A stretch of 64,000 bases of DNA from Prevotella sp. (GTDB lineage: Bacteria; Bacillota_I; Bacilli_A; ML615J-28; CAG-313), in assembly GCA_023665755.1 (NCBI GenBank), contig JAMPDF010000004.1, forward strand, positions 20,456 through 84,455, in the 5' to 3' direction. This document shows positions 43,188-53,016 of the stretch, piece by piece. Position numbers and translations under genes: made by a program. Numbering within the stretch: position 1 is the stretch's first letter; each line of letters begins with the position of its first letter. Below the pieces are notes generated by a model that was not told where the DNA came from, made no database searches, and saw nothing but the letters and a program-made list of their open reading frames with translations.

Positions 43188-43805
43188 ATGGAAATAAAAA
43201 AGAAGAGCACTATTTTATTCCTTGGTGATTGTATTACTGGAGCAGATCGTAATCTTGAAGATCCAAATGATTTAGGCCATGGTTATGTGGCACGGATCAA
43301 TGATGCTTTAAAAAATTATCGAATTAAAATTGTAAATCGTGGACTTGATGGAAATCGTACATTACATTTACTTGAACAATACGAAGAAAATGTACTTCAA
43401 GTTCAGCCAGACTTTATTACCATTTATATAGGAATGAATGATGTATGGCACCACTATTCTAGAAATATTGAAACAAGTAATATTGCATTTGAACAACAAC
43501 TGCGAACCCTACTTGAAAAAATCAAACAAGATTTAAATGTGCCAATTTTAATTATTGAACCATTTATTATTGATATTACACCTGAACTAACCAAGATGCG
43601 TGAAGAGTTATGGCAAAAAGTTGATATTATCCGAAAACTAGCTAGAGAATATGCCTCAGAATATGTTGCATTAGATGGATCATTTGCCAGTGCTTGTATC
43701 AAACATGAACCAACCTTTTATTCCATTGATGGAGTACATCCTACTGAAGAGGGGCACAAATTTATTGCTAGACGTTGGCTTAGAAATGTAATTGTTGAAG
43801 ACTAA
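43188..43805 (+). CDS. SGNH/GDSL-family hydrolase (cytoplasmic)
   Basis: Block I LFLGDCIT, block III GMNDVWH, block V DGVHPTEEGH. Confidence 0.75.
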   Translation: MEIKKKSTILFLGDCITGADRNLEDPNDLGHGYVARINDALKNYRIKIVNRGLDGNRTLHLLEQYEENVLQVQPDFITIYIGMNDVWHHYSRNIETSNIAFEQQLRTLLEKIKQDLNVPILIIEPFIIDITPELTKMREELWQKVDIIRKLAREYASEYVALDGSFASACIKHEPTFYSIDGVHPTEEGHKFIARRWLRNVIVED

Positions 43806-43816
43806 CGAAAAGAAAA

Positions 43817-43856
43817 GAAGTTGTACGACTAAACTCGTACAGCTTCTTCTTTTTTT
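43817..43856. terminator. Bidirectional Rho-independent terminator shared by convergent GDSL and antiporter genes
   Basis: 13-bp imperfect stem gaagttgtacgac/ctcgtacagcttc flanked by an A-run and a T10 run. Confidence 0.6.
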
Positions 43857-45094
43857 CTCTTTACTTCTTGGGGAATTTCTCCCGATTTGGCTAGTGCTAT
43901 TTTGGTAATAACAGGTCCAAACAATTCATAAATCAATGTTGCACAAAGCACAATGGTAACAACACTTGTAGCAATACCCATTGTTGCAGAATGACTACCA
44001 AATTTCTTGGATACCATTTGGGCCATACCAATCGCAACACCTGCTTGTGGAAATAAAGTTAATCCTAGATATTTCACAACATTTTGATCAGCATGAACTG
44101 CCTTTGCGCCAAAATAAGCACCAAAATATTTTCCTAAACATCTTGCAATTAAATAAACAACGCCTACTACACCAATTTTAGCTAGATTACTCATATCTAG
44201 TTCTGCACTTGATAAAATAAAGAATAACATAAATAGTGGCGGAGTCCAGCGCTCACATCCATCCATAATGCCCAGCGCTTCTTGGCTAAGATTACAAAAT
44301 GTGGCACCAATCATCATACAAAGAAGTAACGATGATAATCCAAATGGCAAATTTAATGTTTCAAATAACTCACAAAGTCCTACTCCTAAAAAGACTGCTG
44401 TAATCATTAAAATAAGACGATTGGCACGAGATTTAAACCATTTTGTAGCAAACGCAAGCATTGCTCCTATGATTGCTCCTATCCCTAATGATACAACAAT
44501 TTCCACAATTGGCCATACTAAAATATTTAATACAGTCAATTGTTCTCCTGTGGCAAATGCCTTGGCAAGAGCAAAAGATAATGAAAAAAACATAAGACCA
44601 AATGCATCGTCTAATGCAACTACGGGTAAAAGCGTATCTGTAACAGGGCCTCTTGCCTTATATTGACGCACGACCATTAATGTAGCCGCAGGAGCAGTTG
44701 CTGTAGCGATAGCACCTAATACAAGAGAAAGTGCTAAATTTTCATTATTATATGATTTCATACATACAAAGGTAATTACAACAAATACATCTACTAAAAC
44801 TAATGCTGCCATACTTTGAGCAAATGTAATTGAAAAAATACTTTTTCCTAGTTTTTTCAAACTTGAAATTTTAAACTCACCACCAATAGAAAAGGCAATG
44901 AAGCCTAAAGCCAAATCCACAATAATAGTGAATGCTTGAATACTATCTTCTGTTAATAGATTAAAACAAGATGGTCCTATCAATAATCCCACTACTAAGT
45001 ATCCCGTTACATTTGGCAAATGTAATATCTTCACAATTCTAGTCGACAAAAGTCCCGCAACCAGTGCAATAACAATACTCAATATTGGTGACAT
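43829..45094 (-). CDS. Cation/proton antiporter, CPA2 (KefB/KhtU-like) family, membrane domain only
   Basis: N-terminus IVIALVAGLLSTRIVKILHLPNVTGYLVVGLLIGP is typical of the Na+/H+ exchanger family. About 12 TM, and no fused RCK/KTN domain. Confidence 0.75.
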   Translation of the reverse strand: MSPILSIVIALVAGLLSTRIVKILHLPNVTGYLVVGLLIGPSCFNLLTEDSIQAFTIIVDLALGFIAFSIGGEFKISSLKKLGKSIFSITFAQSMAALVLVDVFVVITFVCMKSYNNENLALSLVLGAIATATAPAATLMVVRQYKARGPVTDTLLPVVALDDAFGLMFFSLSFALAKAFATGEQLTVLNILVWPIVEIVVSLGIGAIIGAMLAFATKWFKSRANRLILMITAVFLGVGLCELFETLNLPFGLSSLLLCMMIGATFCNLSQEALGIMDGCERWTPPLFMLFFILSSAELDMSNLAKIGVVGVVYLIARCLGKYFGAYFGAKAVHADQNVVKYLGLTLFPQAGVAIGMAQMVSKKFGSHSATMGIATSVVTIVLCATLIYELFGPVITKIALAKSGEIPQEVKRKKEEAVRV

Positions 45095-45095
45095 A

Positions 45096-45428
45096 TTATT
45101 CTATACCTTCTAAGAAGTCAATTGGTAAAGCATACATAAATCCTTTATCTTTGATACCACCAGTTGCCTCATTAATTAAACGGGCAAGTGTCTTTACTTC
45201 TTCATCTTCTTTGACAACAACAAAAACCATAGGCCTTGGCGAGTGATCATATTCAATGACTTTACTGATACCACCAAACATAGGCACAGGTTCATTGTGA
45301 TTATTTAGCAATGCTTTCTTAATGCTTAGTGTTGGCATTACACTACCATGGAAGTTATGATCAGATAATTTTTTCAAAATTTTAGGCATATATTCGCCTT
45401 CCACTAATACTGTAACAAATAATTTCAT
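45096..45428 (-). CDS. PII-like small signalling protein, DarA/PstA (YaaQ, DUF970)-like
   Basis: MKLFVTVLVEGEYMPKILKKLSDHNFHG aligns with B. subtilis DarA [27 protein letters not shown] (sequence recalled from memory). The C-terminus LPIDFLE matches DarA LPVDEF. 110 aa. Its stop overlaps the antiporter ATG (TAAtATG). Confidence 0.5.
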   Translation of the reverse strand: MKLFVTVLVEGEYMPKILKKLSDHNFHGSVMPTLSIKKALLNNHNEPVPMFGGISKVIEYDHSPRPMVFVVVKEDEEVKTLARLINEATGGIKDKGFMYALPIDFLEGIE

Positions 45429-45588
45429 TAAAATTCCTTCTTTCTTCTAGTTATATATTATAGCACTTTTTCTCTATATATTGCAAGATTTTTAAATTAG
45501 AAAAGTTTTTACAATAAATAAAAAAACTACCTTAAAATAGTTTCTCCTATTGTTAAAGTAGTTTTTTATATTTCATTTATTTACTTAT

Positions 45589-46350
45589 TTATTTTGTTGC
45601 GTTTTGATATGCTCTTTGTGCAACTTTATAATAATCTAATGCATCAGTCAATGTAGCTTGTGATGTAACACCATCAAAAGTCCATGTATTGCCTTCTTTT
45701 ACAATTTTGCTTTCTGCTGCATCCATTTTTGTACCAACAAGTGCATCTGATAAATATTGCATATTTTTCTTCCAACCAAGACCACTTCCACCTGCAGGCC
45801 AATAGTTAGCTGCAGTTTTTGTGAAACCACTTGTCTTACCATAGAAATCGAATGTAGCTTCTTTGAATGTAGCATCTGCAACTTTTGCATTTTTTGCAAG
45901 TAATGCTTCAGCATACCATTTTGCATTTTCTTCACTTTCTTGTATATAAGCTGTTAAATCAGCAATTCCTTCTGCGCTATATGTTACAGTATAAGTTAAA
46001 TCATCACCTTCACCACTAGCAGTTGAAGTTCCTGTAAATTTCTTATCACCAATCAAAATATATTTAGCAAGTTGAACATGACTGCCATGTGATGTATAAA
46101 GAATAGTTAAATCTTCTGATACACCTTCACCAGTTACTTGTGCCCATGTAGATGGTAAAAATACTTCTTCAAAAGTAAGCTCAGTTACTCTTTCTTTTTT
46201 AACTTTCATTGTTGCGATGCCTACATAGCCTTTGTTATGAACAAGACCATATCCAACACCTTCTGTTTCCTTGCTCTTCTTACATCCTGTTGCAAAACTT
46301 AAAGTAAAAAGAAGCACCATTGTCATTAAAATAAAAACTCTTTTTTTCAT
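45589..46350 (-). CDS. Hypothetical lipoprotein (Ala/Thr/Gly-rich)
   Basis: Lipobox FATGC; no recognisable domain. Confidence 0.5.
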   Translation of the reverse strand: MKKRVFILMTMVLLFTLSFATGCKKSKETEGVGYGLVHNKGYVGIATMKVKKERVTELTFEEVFLPSTWAQVTGEGVSEDLTILYTSHGSHVQLAKYILIGDKKFTGTSTASGEGDDLTYTVTYSAEGIADLTAYIQESEENAKWYAEALLAKNAKVADATFKEATFDFYGKTSGFTKTAANYWPAGGSGLGWKKNMQYLSDALVGTKMDAAESKIVKEGNTWTFDGVTSQATLTDALDYYKVAQRAYQNATK

Positions 46351-46438
46351 CTTTGTTTCTTTTCCTTTCTTTATTGTTTTTATTATATGTAAGTAATATT
46401 ACTTCATACCTATTTTATCTTTGATAAGTTTTTGCCTA

Positions 46439-47542
46439 TCATTTTAGTTGAAATTTCATATATACAGGATTATGATCGCTGTATAAAAAATCAGTATCTA
46501 CGTTGATAATTTCTTCAACCACTATATTATCGGATACAATAAATCCATCTAATACGACTGTATAATTTTCGCCTTTTTGGTAAGGCATATCGGTACTTCT
46601 ACAAGTAGGGATTTGATTGTTTGTTGCAAAAGTATAGTGATTCGTTAAATCATTTTCTTTTAACACATAAACCCAGTCTGGTTTTTCTTGAGTAGTTTCA
46701 AAAAGCCCCACACTATCTGCAATATCATGGTTAAAATCTCCACCACAAATCACATAATTTCCTTTTTGGTATTCTTCATCTAAAAAAGTATTGAGCGTTT
46801 CCCATTGTTTCTTTCGATACACTCCACCCTCATCATATGCAGATAGATGTACATTGACAATGACTAAATCATGATCTGTCTCAGTTGCAATATAAGTTGC
46901 GGAAAAACAGCGGTCTAAATCAAAAAACTTAGTAGGGAAAGCATCACTGATTTCTAAACTATGACGAACAACTTGTTTGACTTGATAACTAGAAAATGTT
47001 GCTATACCACTATTGACTTGTCCATGAGGATTAAGCAATGGATAAAACAAATAGGCTGAGTGAAAATTAGAAACATGCACATTGGCCATATCGACAAAAG
47101 ATTGGCATAACATTTCAAATTGATTCACTTGATAACTTCTACTAGCCGCAGTATCTACTTCTTGAAAAAAACAAAAGTCTGGCTCTAATTCTTGAATCAC
47201 TTGTATAGCACCAGTAGTATTTTGAATGACAGTTTGTTCAGAAGCTGCTCGTGAACCTGTTCCAGATACTTTTTTTCCATTTTTCATCGTACCACTATCC
47301 ATAAAAAAGGAGAAATTATGACTATATGCACCAAACCCAATATTATATGTAGTAATACCATAATGCGTATTTAAAGATACTTGTTCATTTTGATTTTGCT
47401 TGACCGTCTGAGTATAATCTTTTAAATCTTCTATTCGATAATATTGAATGGAAATATATACCACATAAGTAATGAGTAGTAAGATTATACACGCAAAAAA
47501 ACCTATAATCAATCGCAATGCAATTTTAAAATTTTTATTCAT
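46439..47542 (-). CDS. Endonuclease/exonuclease/phosphatase (EEP)-family protein with N-terminal membrane anchor
   Basis: N-terminal TM, and the C-terminal EEP signature LYSDHNPV. Confidence 0.65.
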   Translation of the reverse strand: MNKNFKIALRLIIGFFACIILLLITYVVYISIQYYRIEDLKDYTQTVKQNQNEQVSLNTHYGITTYNIGFGAYSHNFSFFMDSGTMKNGKKVSGTGSRAASEQTVIQNTTGAIQVIQELEPDFCFFQEVDTAASRSYQVNQFEMLCQSFVDMANVHVSNFHSAYLFYPLLNPHGQVNSGIATFSSYQVKQVVRHSLEISDAFPTKFFDLDRCFSATYIATETDHDLVIVNVHLSAYDEGGVYRKKQWETLNTFLDEEYQKGNYVICGGDFNHDIADSVGLFETTQEKPDWVYVLKENDLTNHYTFATNNQIPTCRSTDMPYQKGENYTVVLDGFIVSDNIVVEEIINVDTDFLYSDHNPVYMKFQLK

Positions 47543-48791
47543 ATGCTTTTAGTACAATGTCCGTATATCCCTCTTGGGTTAATTTTTCTTTTTGAAATTT
47601 GAAATTTTTAGATTTATATACAACTAAAACTTGTTTATTTTCTTGTTCTCGCAAACGCTTTGCTTCTTGTAGGGTTTCAATTAATGCTACTTTAGATATA
47701 TTTTTCTCAATAACAAATGCTACTTTTTCAGCATCATCAATAGGTAGATGGTGTTCCTTTTCTTTTAAAATGGTAATTATGCGTTCAAACCCAATGGAAA
47801 AACCACATGCAGGTACATTCATATTGGTAAATTTTTCAATCATTTTATCATACCGACCACCTCCAGCAACACTACTTGCTAGCTCTATCATTTCAATTTC
47901 AAAAATAGTACCCGTATAATAAGACATTCCTCTTACTAAAGTTGGATCAAAAGTAATATCAAATTGTTGATGCGATGTAGCTTCTGTTGTATCGATGATT
48001 TGGTCAATGTTTTCTAATACATCTGCTTCAATACAGTCAATATCAATGCTTTGAAAATAAGATTTTGCATTACCTATAAAACTTTCTTCTTTAAATAGTT
48101 GCATATATTTTTCTAAGGATTTTTGTTCATAACCTGCATCTAATAGTTCTTGGTAAACACCTGATTTTCCAATCTTATCCATTTTATCTAAAATAATAAA
48201 TATAGCATCGCTTTTTTCTTCTGGTAATCCACAATATAAAGCCATTTGTTTGAGAATTCTTCTATCATTGACTCTAACCTTAAAATTAGAAAAACCAATT
48301 TTAGTAAGCAATGTAGTTGTCGCTTGAATCAATTCTATTTCCGCTAAATTGCTTTTTTCACCCAAAATATCAATATCACATTGCATAAATTGACGAAACC
48401 TTCCTTTTTGGGGACGTTCTGCTCGCCATACATTGCCAATTTGTAAACCTTTAAATGGGCTTGGTAATTTGGCCATATTATTGGCATAATATCTTGATAG
48501 TGGAACAGTTAAATCGTAACGCATTCCCATATCTACTAAATCATTTTCCGTTTCAATATGGGTTGTATCTAACTTTTCCCCTCTTTTTAGTATTTTAAAA
48601 ATTAATTTCTCATTATCCCCACCTTGTTTTGAACACAGATTTTCAATATGTTCCATACAAGGTGTTTCAATAATATTGAAACCAAACTTGCCATATGTAT
48701 CTTTAATTTCTCGAATTACATATTCTCTTAATCGCATTTCATCTGGTAAAAATTCATTCATTCCTTTTACAGGTATTTTGATAAACGCCAT
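47535..48791 (-). CDS. hisS: Histidine--tRNA ligase
   Basis: Class II motifs: E. coli-type KGMNEFLP, RAERPQKGRFRQFMQ, GGGRYDKMI, plus a C-terminal anticodon-binding-like domain; 418 aa. Confidence 0.7.
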   Translation of the reverse strand: MAFIKIPVKGMNEFLPDEMRLREYVIREIKDTYGKFGFNIIETPCMEHIENLCSKQGGDNEKLIFKILKRGEKLDTTHIETENDLVDMGMRYDLTVPLSRYYANNMAKLPSPFKGLQIGNVWRAERPQKGRFRQFMQCDIDILGEKSNLAEIELIQATTTLLTKIGFSNFKVRVNDRRILKQMALYCGLPEEKSDAIFIILDKMDKIGKSGVYQELLDAGYEQKSLEKYMQLFKEESFIGNAKSYFQSIDIDCIEADVLENIDQIIDTTEATSHQQFDITFDPTLVRGMSYYTGTIFEIEMIELASSVAGGGRYDKMIEKFTNMNVPACGFSIGFERIITILKEKEHHLPIDDAEKVAFVIEKNISKVALIETLQEAKRLREQENKQVLVVYKSKNFKFQKEKLTQEGYTDIVLKAYE

Positions 48792-48807
48792 AGTGCACCT
48801 CTTCTAC

Positions 48808-49509
48808 TTATTGTATTTTTTCTTCTAAAATATTGGTTGTAACATAATCTACTCCAAAATTGAGTAGTTTTTGATAGATTTCTTGATCATCTACGGTCCA
48901 TACATTGATCTCAAGACCTTTTTGATGAAAACGATTAACCAATTCTTGTGTTACTAAATCATATCGAATATCTAAACTAATACCCTCTTCTAAGCATTTA
49001 TTGATAATATCTTCACTATACAACATTCCCAACAAAAATTGAATATGATAATCGGGATATGTTTTTTTAATATATAAAACTGTATCAAATGTATAACAAA
49101 TTATCATACTTTTATCATACATATCTTCATCTAATAATAAACGCATTAATTCATCAACAGCTTGATTATCAAACCCCCATTTGAGTTCAATCACAGGATA
49201 CTTTTGATAGTGCTTACAAATTCTTAAATATTCTAATGGAGTTGTAATATGGTAATGATAAGTGTGGTAGTTTCCTTTTGCATTTAACTCTATACGTAAA
49301 GCTTCTTTATAATTGAGATTTCTAATGGCAATATCTTGCCCTGCAAGACGTTTTAAATCATCATCATGAAATAATACCATAGAACGATCTTTTAATAAAA
49401 CAACATCTGTTTCAATTCCAAAATAGGAACGATTTGCTGCAGCAAGAAAAGCTTCTTTAGTATTTTCCAGCTCATATTTAGAATACCCTCTATGTGCTAT
49501 CATTTTCAT
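48808..49509 (-). CDS. Glycerophosphodiester phosphodiesterase (GDPD family)
   Basis: IAHRGYS...ENT...GIETDV...FHDD motifs. Likely ATG at 49509 with RBS AAGGGG. Confidence 0.8.
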   Translation of the reverse strand: MKMIAHRGYSKYELENTKEAFLAAANRSYFGIETDVVLLKDRSMVLFHDDDLKRLAGQDIAIRNLNYKEALRIELNAKGNYHTYHYHITTPLEYLRICKHYQKYPVIELKWGFDNQAVDELMRLLLDEDMYDKSMIICYTFDTVLYIKKTYPDYHIQFLLGMLYSEDIINKCLEEGISLDIRYDLVTQELVNRFHQKGLEINVWTVDDQEIYQKLLNFGVDYVTTNILEEKIQ

Positions 49510-49636
49510 ATCTACCAACCCCTTAATTTTCCAATCCAGCAATATTTTACCATATCTTTATTTTATTTTCAACAACTATAATCTAAGATGTTATTAAGTG
49601 ACTATTATGTGTTATACTATTGACGGGGTGACACAA

Positions 49637-50317
49637 ATGAAAAAGAAATATATCATTTATCCTTACCTAGGAATCCATATTATCTTATACCTTCTAATTT
49701 ATGTAGTACAAATTTTTCCCTATGATATAGAAATTGCTATAGACTATAATATTATTGTCAGTTGTTTTTTGATGGTATTGTTCTTTTTGTGTATAGAAAA
49801 AAAGGTTTCCTCATTTTTGTTGTGTATAGCCTTTTTCTTTACTGTCATATCCGATACCATTCTATTATGGCTTGATAGTGATTATGAATGGGCTCTTCTT
49901 TCATTTATATTTGTACAATTTACGTATTTTATATATATACTTCACAAATTGTATGATAAAAGCGACTGGAAAAAACAAATTGATTATCGCTTAGGAATAG
50001 TTGTTCTTTTATGTATAATCTACTTTTTTTTAGATTTTCCAAACCGACTTTTCATTTGTTTGGTTATATTTTACATGATTCAATTGTTGTGGAATGTCAT
50101 TTTAAGTCTAAGAACAAAAAATAAATTCCTTTCTCTGGGACTGATTTTATTTTTATTATGTGATATATGTGTAGGATGTATGAATATAATTGATTTTTTT
50201 CCTACTTTATCTTCTAATTTTTTGAATACAATTGCCCACTCAGCCATCAATTTTTCATGGTTATTTTATCATCCATCCCAAGTACTCCTCTCTCTTTGTG
50301 ATTACGATTTTTTCTAA
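49637..50317 (+). CDS. Polytopic membrane protein, hypothetical (YhhN-like?)
   Basis: About 7 TM, aromatic-rich. Start MKKKYIIYPYLGI at ATG 49637; the ORF track began at an upstream GTG. Confidence 0.4.
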   Translation: MKKKYIIYPYLGIHIILYLLIYVVQIFPYDIEIAIDYNIIVSCFLMVLFFLCIEKKVSSFLLCIAFFFTVISDTILLWLDSDYEWALLSFIFVQFTYFIYILHKLYDKSDWKKQIDYRLGIVVLLCIIYFFLDFPNRLFICLVIFYMIQLLWNVILSLRTKNKFLSLGLILFLLCDICVGCMNIIDFFPTLSSNFLNTIAHSAINFSWLFYHPSQVLLSLCDYDFF

Positions 50318-50406
50318 AAAATGGTAAGCATTTTCATATGTAATCTCTTCTACTCTTTTTTGGTTTTATGCTACAATACTACACGATAAGAGGTGAATTA
50401 TAGCAT

Positions 50407-50802
50407 ATGAAAATTTTTAAACAAATAGCCTTAATTACAGGATTTTGCCTCATTGGTGAGTGTATTTCTTTTGGGCTTTCCAAACTGATTCCAGGATTTT
50501 TCTTTCCTGGCTCTTTAATTGGAATGATTGTTTTATTTATATTATTATATTTAAAAATTATTCATTTTGAATGGATTGCAGAAGTAGGCACATTTTTTGT
50601 AGACAATATGGGATTTTTCTTTGTTCCTGCTGCGGTATCTGTTATGAGTTATTTTGATATTATCAAACCCAATCTTTGGAAAATGCTTTTACTTTGTATT
50701 ATTTGCTTTTTCACAACGTTTACAGCAATCGCATTATCCGTACATATAACATTACTCATTCAAGAAAAAATTCATGAAGAAAAGGGGCATGGCCATGAGT
50801 AA
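50407..50802 (+). CDS. lrgA: LrgA/CidA-family holin-like protein
   Basis: 131 aa with 4 TM and LrgA-family conservation (FPGSLIGMIVLF), paired with lrgB. Confidence 0.75.
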   Translation: MKIFKQIALITGFCLIGECISFGLSKLIPGFFFPGSLIGMIVLFILLYLKIIHFEWIAEVGTFFVDNMGFFFVPAAVSVMSYFDIIKPNLWKMLLLCIICFFTTFTAIALSVHITLLIQEKIHEEKGHGHE

Positions 50803-51472
50803 TATCTTCAATAGTCCACTATTTTATATTTTTTTCACTTTTGGATTATATGCCTTTTTTACATATATCTATAAAAAGGTCAAATCTCCCTTTTGCAATC
50901 CTTTGCTCCTTACTACTGTTTGCATTATCCTCTATTTGGTCATCACTTCATTTCCTGTAGAGCAATATACAGAAAGTCTCTCTATGATTGGTTATTTCTT
51001 GTCTCCACTAACCGTTTGTCTAGCTATTCCTGTATTTAATCGCATTCAAATTGTCAAACATTACTGGCTTCCTATTTTAGTAGGTACAATAGTAGGTGCT
51101 GGGGTTTCTATTGGTAGTGTACTTCTATTTGGACATTTACTTGAATTAGATGAAAATATCATTATGTCATTTGTTCCAAAATCAGTAACTACACCAATCG
51201 CCTTAGAAGTATCAGAAAAATTAGGTGGTATCAAGGGAATTACTGTATCTGCAGTTATCCTAACTGGAATTTTAGGTGCATTACTTGGTCCACTCATTTT
51301 AAAACTATTACATATTAAACGTTCTCCCGCAGTGGGTATGTCACTTGGTGGTACATCACATGCAGTAGGGACATCAAAAGCAGTAGAAATGAGTGCTAGA
51401 GCTGGGGCTATTTCATCTGTTGCCATTGTAACAAGTGGAATTGCTACAGTAATTATTGCTTTATTTTTATAA
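50795..51472 (+). CDS. lrgB: LrgB/CidB-family membrane protein
   Basis: About 225 aa polytopic protein overlapping the lrgA stop, with a Gly-rich LrgB pattern (GGTSHAVGTS). Confidence 0.75.
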   Translation: MSNIFNSPLFYIFFTFGLYAFFTYIYKKVKSPFCNPLLLTTVCIILYLVITSFPVEQYTESLSMIGYFLSPLTVCLAIPVFNRIQIVKHYWLPILVGTIVGAGVSIGSVLLFGHLLELDENIIMSFVPKSVTTPIALEVSEKLGGIKGITVSAVILTGILGALLGPLILKLLHIKRSPAVGMSLGGTSHAVGTSKAVEMSARAGAISSVAIVTSGIATVIIALFL

Positions 51473-51474
51473 AG

Positions 51475-51510
51475 GATGCTTGATTTTTCAAGCATCTTTT
51501 GATTTATAAT
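51475..51510 (+). terminator. Rho-independent terminator after lrgB (aggatgcttga..tcaagcatct + T-run)
   Basis: Perfect 9-bp stem followed by a T-run. Confidence 0.7.
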
Positions 51511-51542
51511 AGGGTTAATATGAGATATAAAAATAAAATACG

Positions 51543-51582
51543 AAAACAATCTAGTACTGGTTTTCGTATTTTTTATAATTTT
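51543..51582. terminator. Bidirectional terminator (atacgaaaac..gttttcgtat) serving the convergent gltS-like gene
   Basis: 10-bp stem flanked by an A-run and T-run. Confidence 0.6.
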
Positions 51583-53016
51583 TTATTTGTGCTCTTGCTT
51601 TTGATTTTTCTTAAAAATTTGTTCCCTAAATAAAATAACAAGCAATAAAATCAACAAAACTACAATAATGCCAAAACAAATCCAAGTAGCCATTCTACTT
51701 TTTGGTGCGTAACTTGCTAAAAACATAATTGGAAGTCCAAAAATGATAGCTGGTAAATTTTGATAGACCAAATTGTCTGATACGGGAGTTTCAAAGTTGG
51801 GATCAATTTCACGAAGTAAAATAATACCTGTACTTGCGGTACCAGTAAGCATACCATACATGGCAAAAAATTGTTCATATTGATATTGTGGGAAAAGAGT
51901 TTTGCTAACCCATTTAATATATATAAAGGTAATGACTGCACCTAACACCCCCATAATAATAACCAATGCCCAGTATTGCCTAATCACTTCTAAGTCTATT
52001 GCTGCAATACCTGCTACAATCATGATATCAAAGGCAACGCCACCTATTCTATTCATCATAAAATTATTGACATATTCCCTTTTAACAATATTTTTCTTTT
52101 TTAATCCTTGTAAGATTATTTTGAACAATACCGCAATCAATGTTCCAATTAAAAAGTTAAAACCATATATAGTAGCTTTTAATCCCTCTCCAACAATACT
52201 ACCTAATCCATGCATAATAAAATATGATACTGCATATATGCAAACCACTATTGCTAATTGAATGGTAAATTTATCAATGGATCCATTTACTGGTATTTCG
52301 TTTTTTTCTTGTACATGTTCTAATGTTAATGCTTCTGCCTCATCTACATTTTTTATTTTTAGTTTATTTTTTCTTCTTAAATAATTTAGATAGATAACTC
52401 CACCTAAACTTGCTGATAAAAATCCTAAAGCGGCAATCGTTAAACCAAAGTTAGCTCCTCCTACAAACCCATATGTGTTTTCGTATATTCTACCATAATT
52501 TAAAGCTTGACCTGTACCTTGTCCATATCCTAAAGCCAAAATAATGCCTGATGCTTCAATCAACCCACTCATTTTAGGTGCTAAACATAATGTTAATGTA
52601 AGACCAATTAAGGCTTGAATAAGATATGTGGATACGGTTGTCACACCTGTATTGAATATTTCTTTTGTTCGTTGTTTCGACTTTTCCTTTTTATTGTGTC
52701 TTAGAGCCATAGCAATAAATCCAATAGCCAAGCAATGGTATGTAATGGTTTCTAAAATAGCACTACCACTCATTACGTTGCCACTATCACTAGCAATTGA
52801 GAATATGGCCAATTCAAAAAGCGATTCCTTTGTAATGGCTTTATAGATAGTTGTAATGAGTAAAATAATTAAACCACCCAATACGGAAGCAGGAATCAAT
52901 GAATGTTTTAAAAAAGGCAAATTGCGTTTCAATATATGCGCAAGTATCATGCTAAATAACAATACTGCTATGAGCAAAAGAAACGACCATATGTTATAAT
53001 CCCAAAAATTTGTCAT
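51583..53016 (-). CDS. gltS: Sodium/glutamate symporter, GltS (ESS) family
   Basis: N-terminal LKRNLPFLKHSLIPASVLGGL resembles the E. coli GltS FLKKYTIPEPVAGGL, and the mid-protein has a GYGQGTG..GFVGGANFGL block. Confidence 0.6.
   Translation of the reverse strand: MTNFWDYNIWSFLLLIAVLLFSMILAHILKRNLPFLKHSLIPASVLGGLIILLITTIYKAITKESLFELAIFSIASDSGNVMSGSAILETITYHCLAIGFIAMALRHNKKEKSKQRTKEIFNTGVTTVSTYLIQALIGLTLTLCLAPKMSGLIEASGIILALGYGQGTGQALNYGRIYENTYGFVGGANFGLTIAALGFLSASLGGVIYLNYLRRKNKLKIKNVDEAEALTLEHVQEKNEIPVNGSIDKFTIQLAIVVCIYAVSYFIMHGLGSIVGEGLKATIYGFNFLIGTLIAVLFKIILQGLKKKNIVKREYVNNFMMNRIGGVAFDIMIVAGIAAIDLEVIRQYWALVIIMGVLGAVITFIYIKWVSKTLFPQYQYEQFFAMYGMLTGTASTGIILLREIDPNFETPVSDNLVYQNLPAIIFGLPIMFLASYAPKSRMATWICFGIIVVLLILLLVILFREQIFKKNQKQEHK

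Noticed and set aside
45429-45588. Possible c-di-AMP (ydaO-type) riboswitch upstream of the DarA-like/antiporter operon
   Set aside because: The region is AT-rich and unstructured, with no ydaO consensus blocks.
47535-48791. HisS paralogue or HisZ regulatory subunit instead of genuine HisS
   Set aside because: The unusual GMNE motif matches the E. coli-type HisS (GMND) variant. Class II motifs 2 and 3 and a C-terminal anticodon-binding-like domain are all present. No hisG lies nearby.
51061-52261. Minus- and plus-strand ORFs at 51061..51549, 51717..51941 and 51902..52261
   Set aside because: They are antisense to the lrgB and gltS-like genes, have low-complexity translations and no RBS, so they are spurious.
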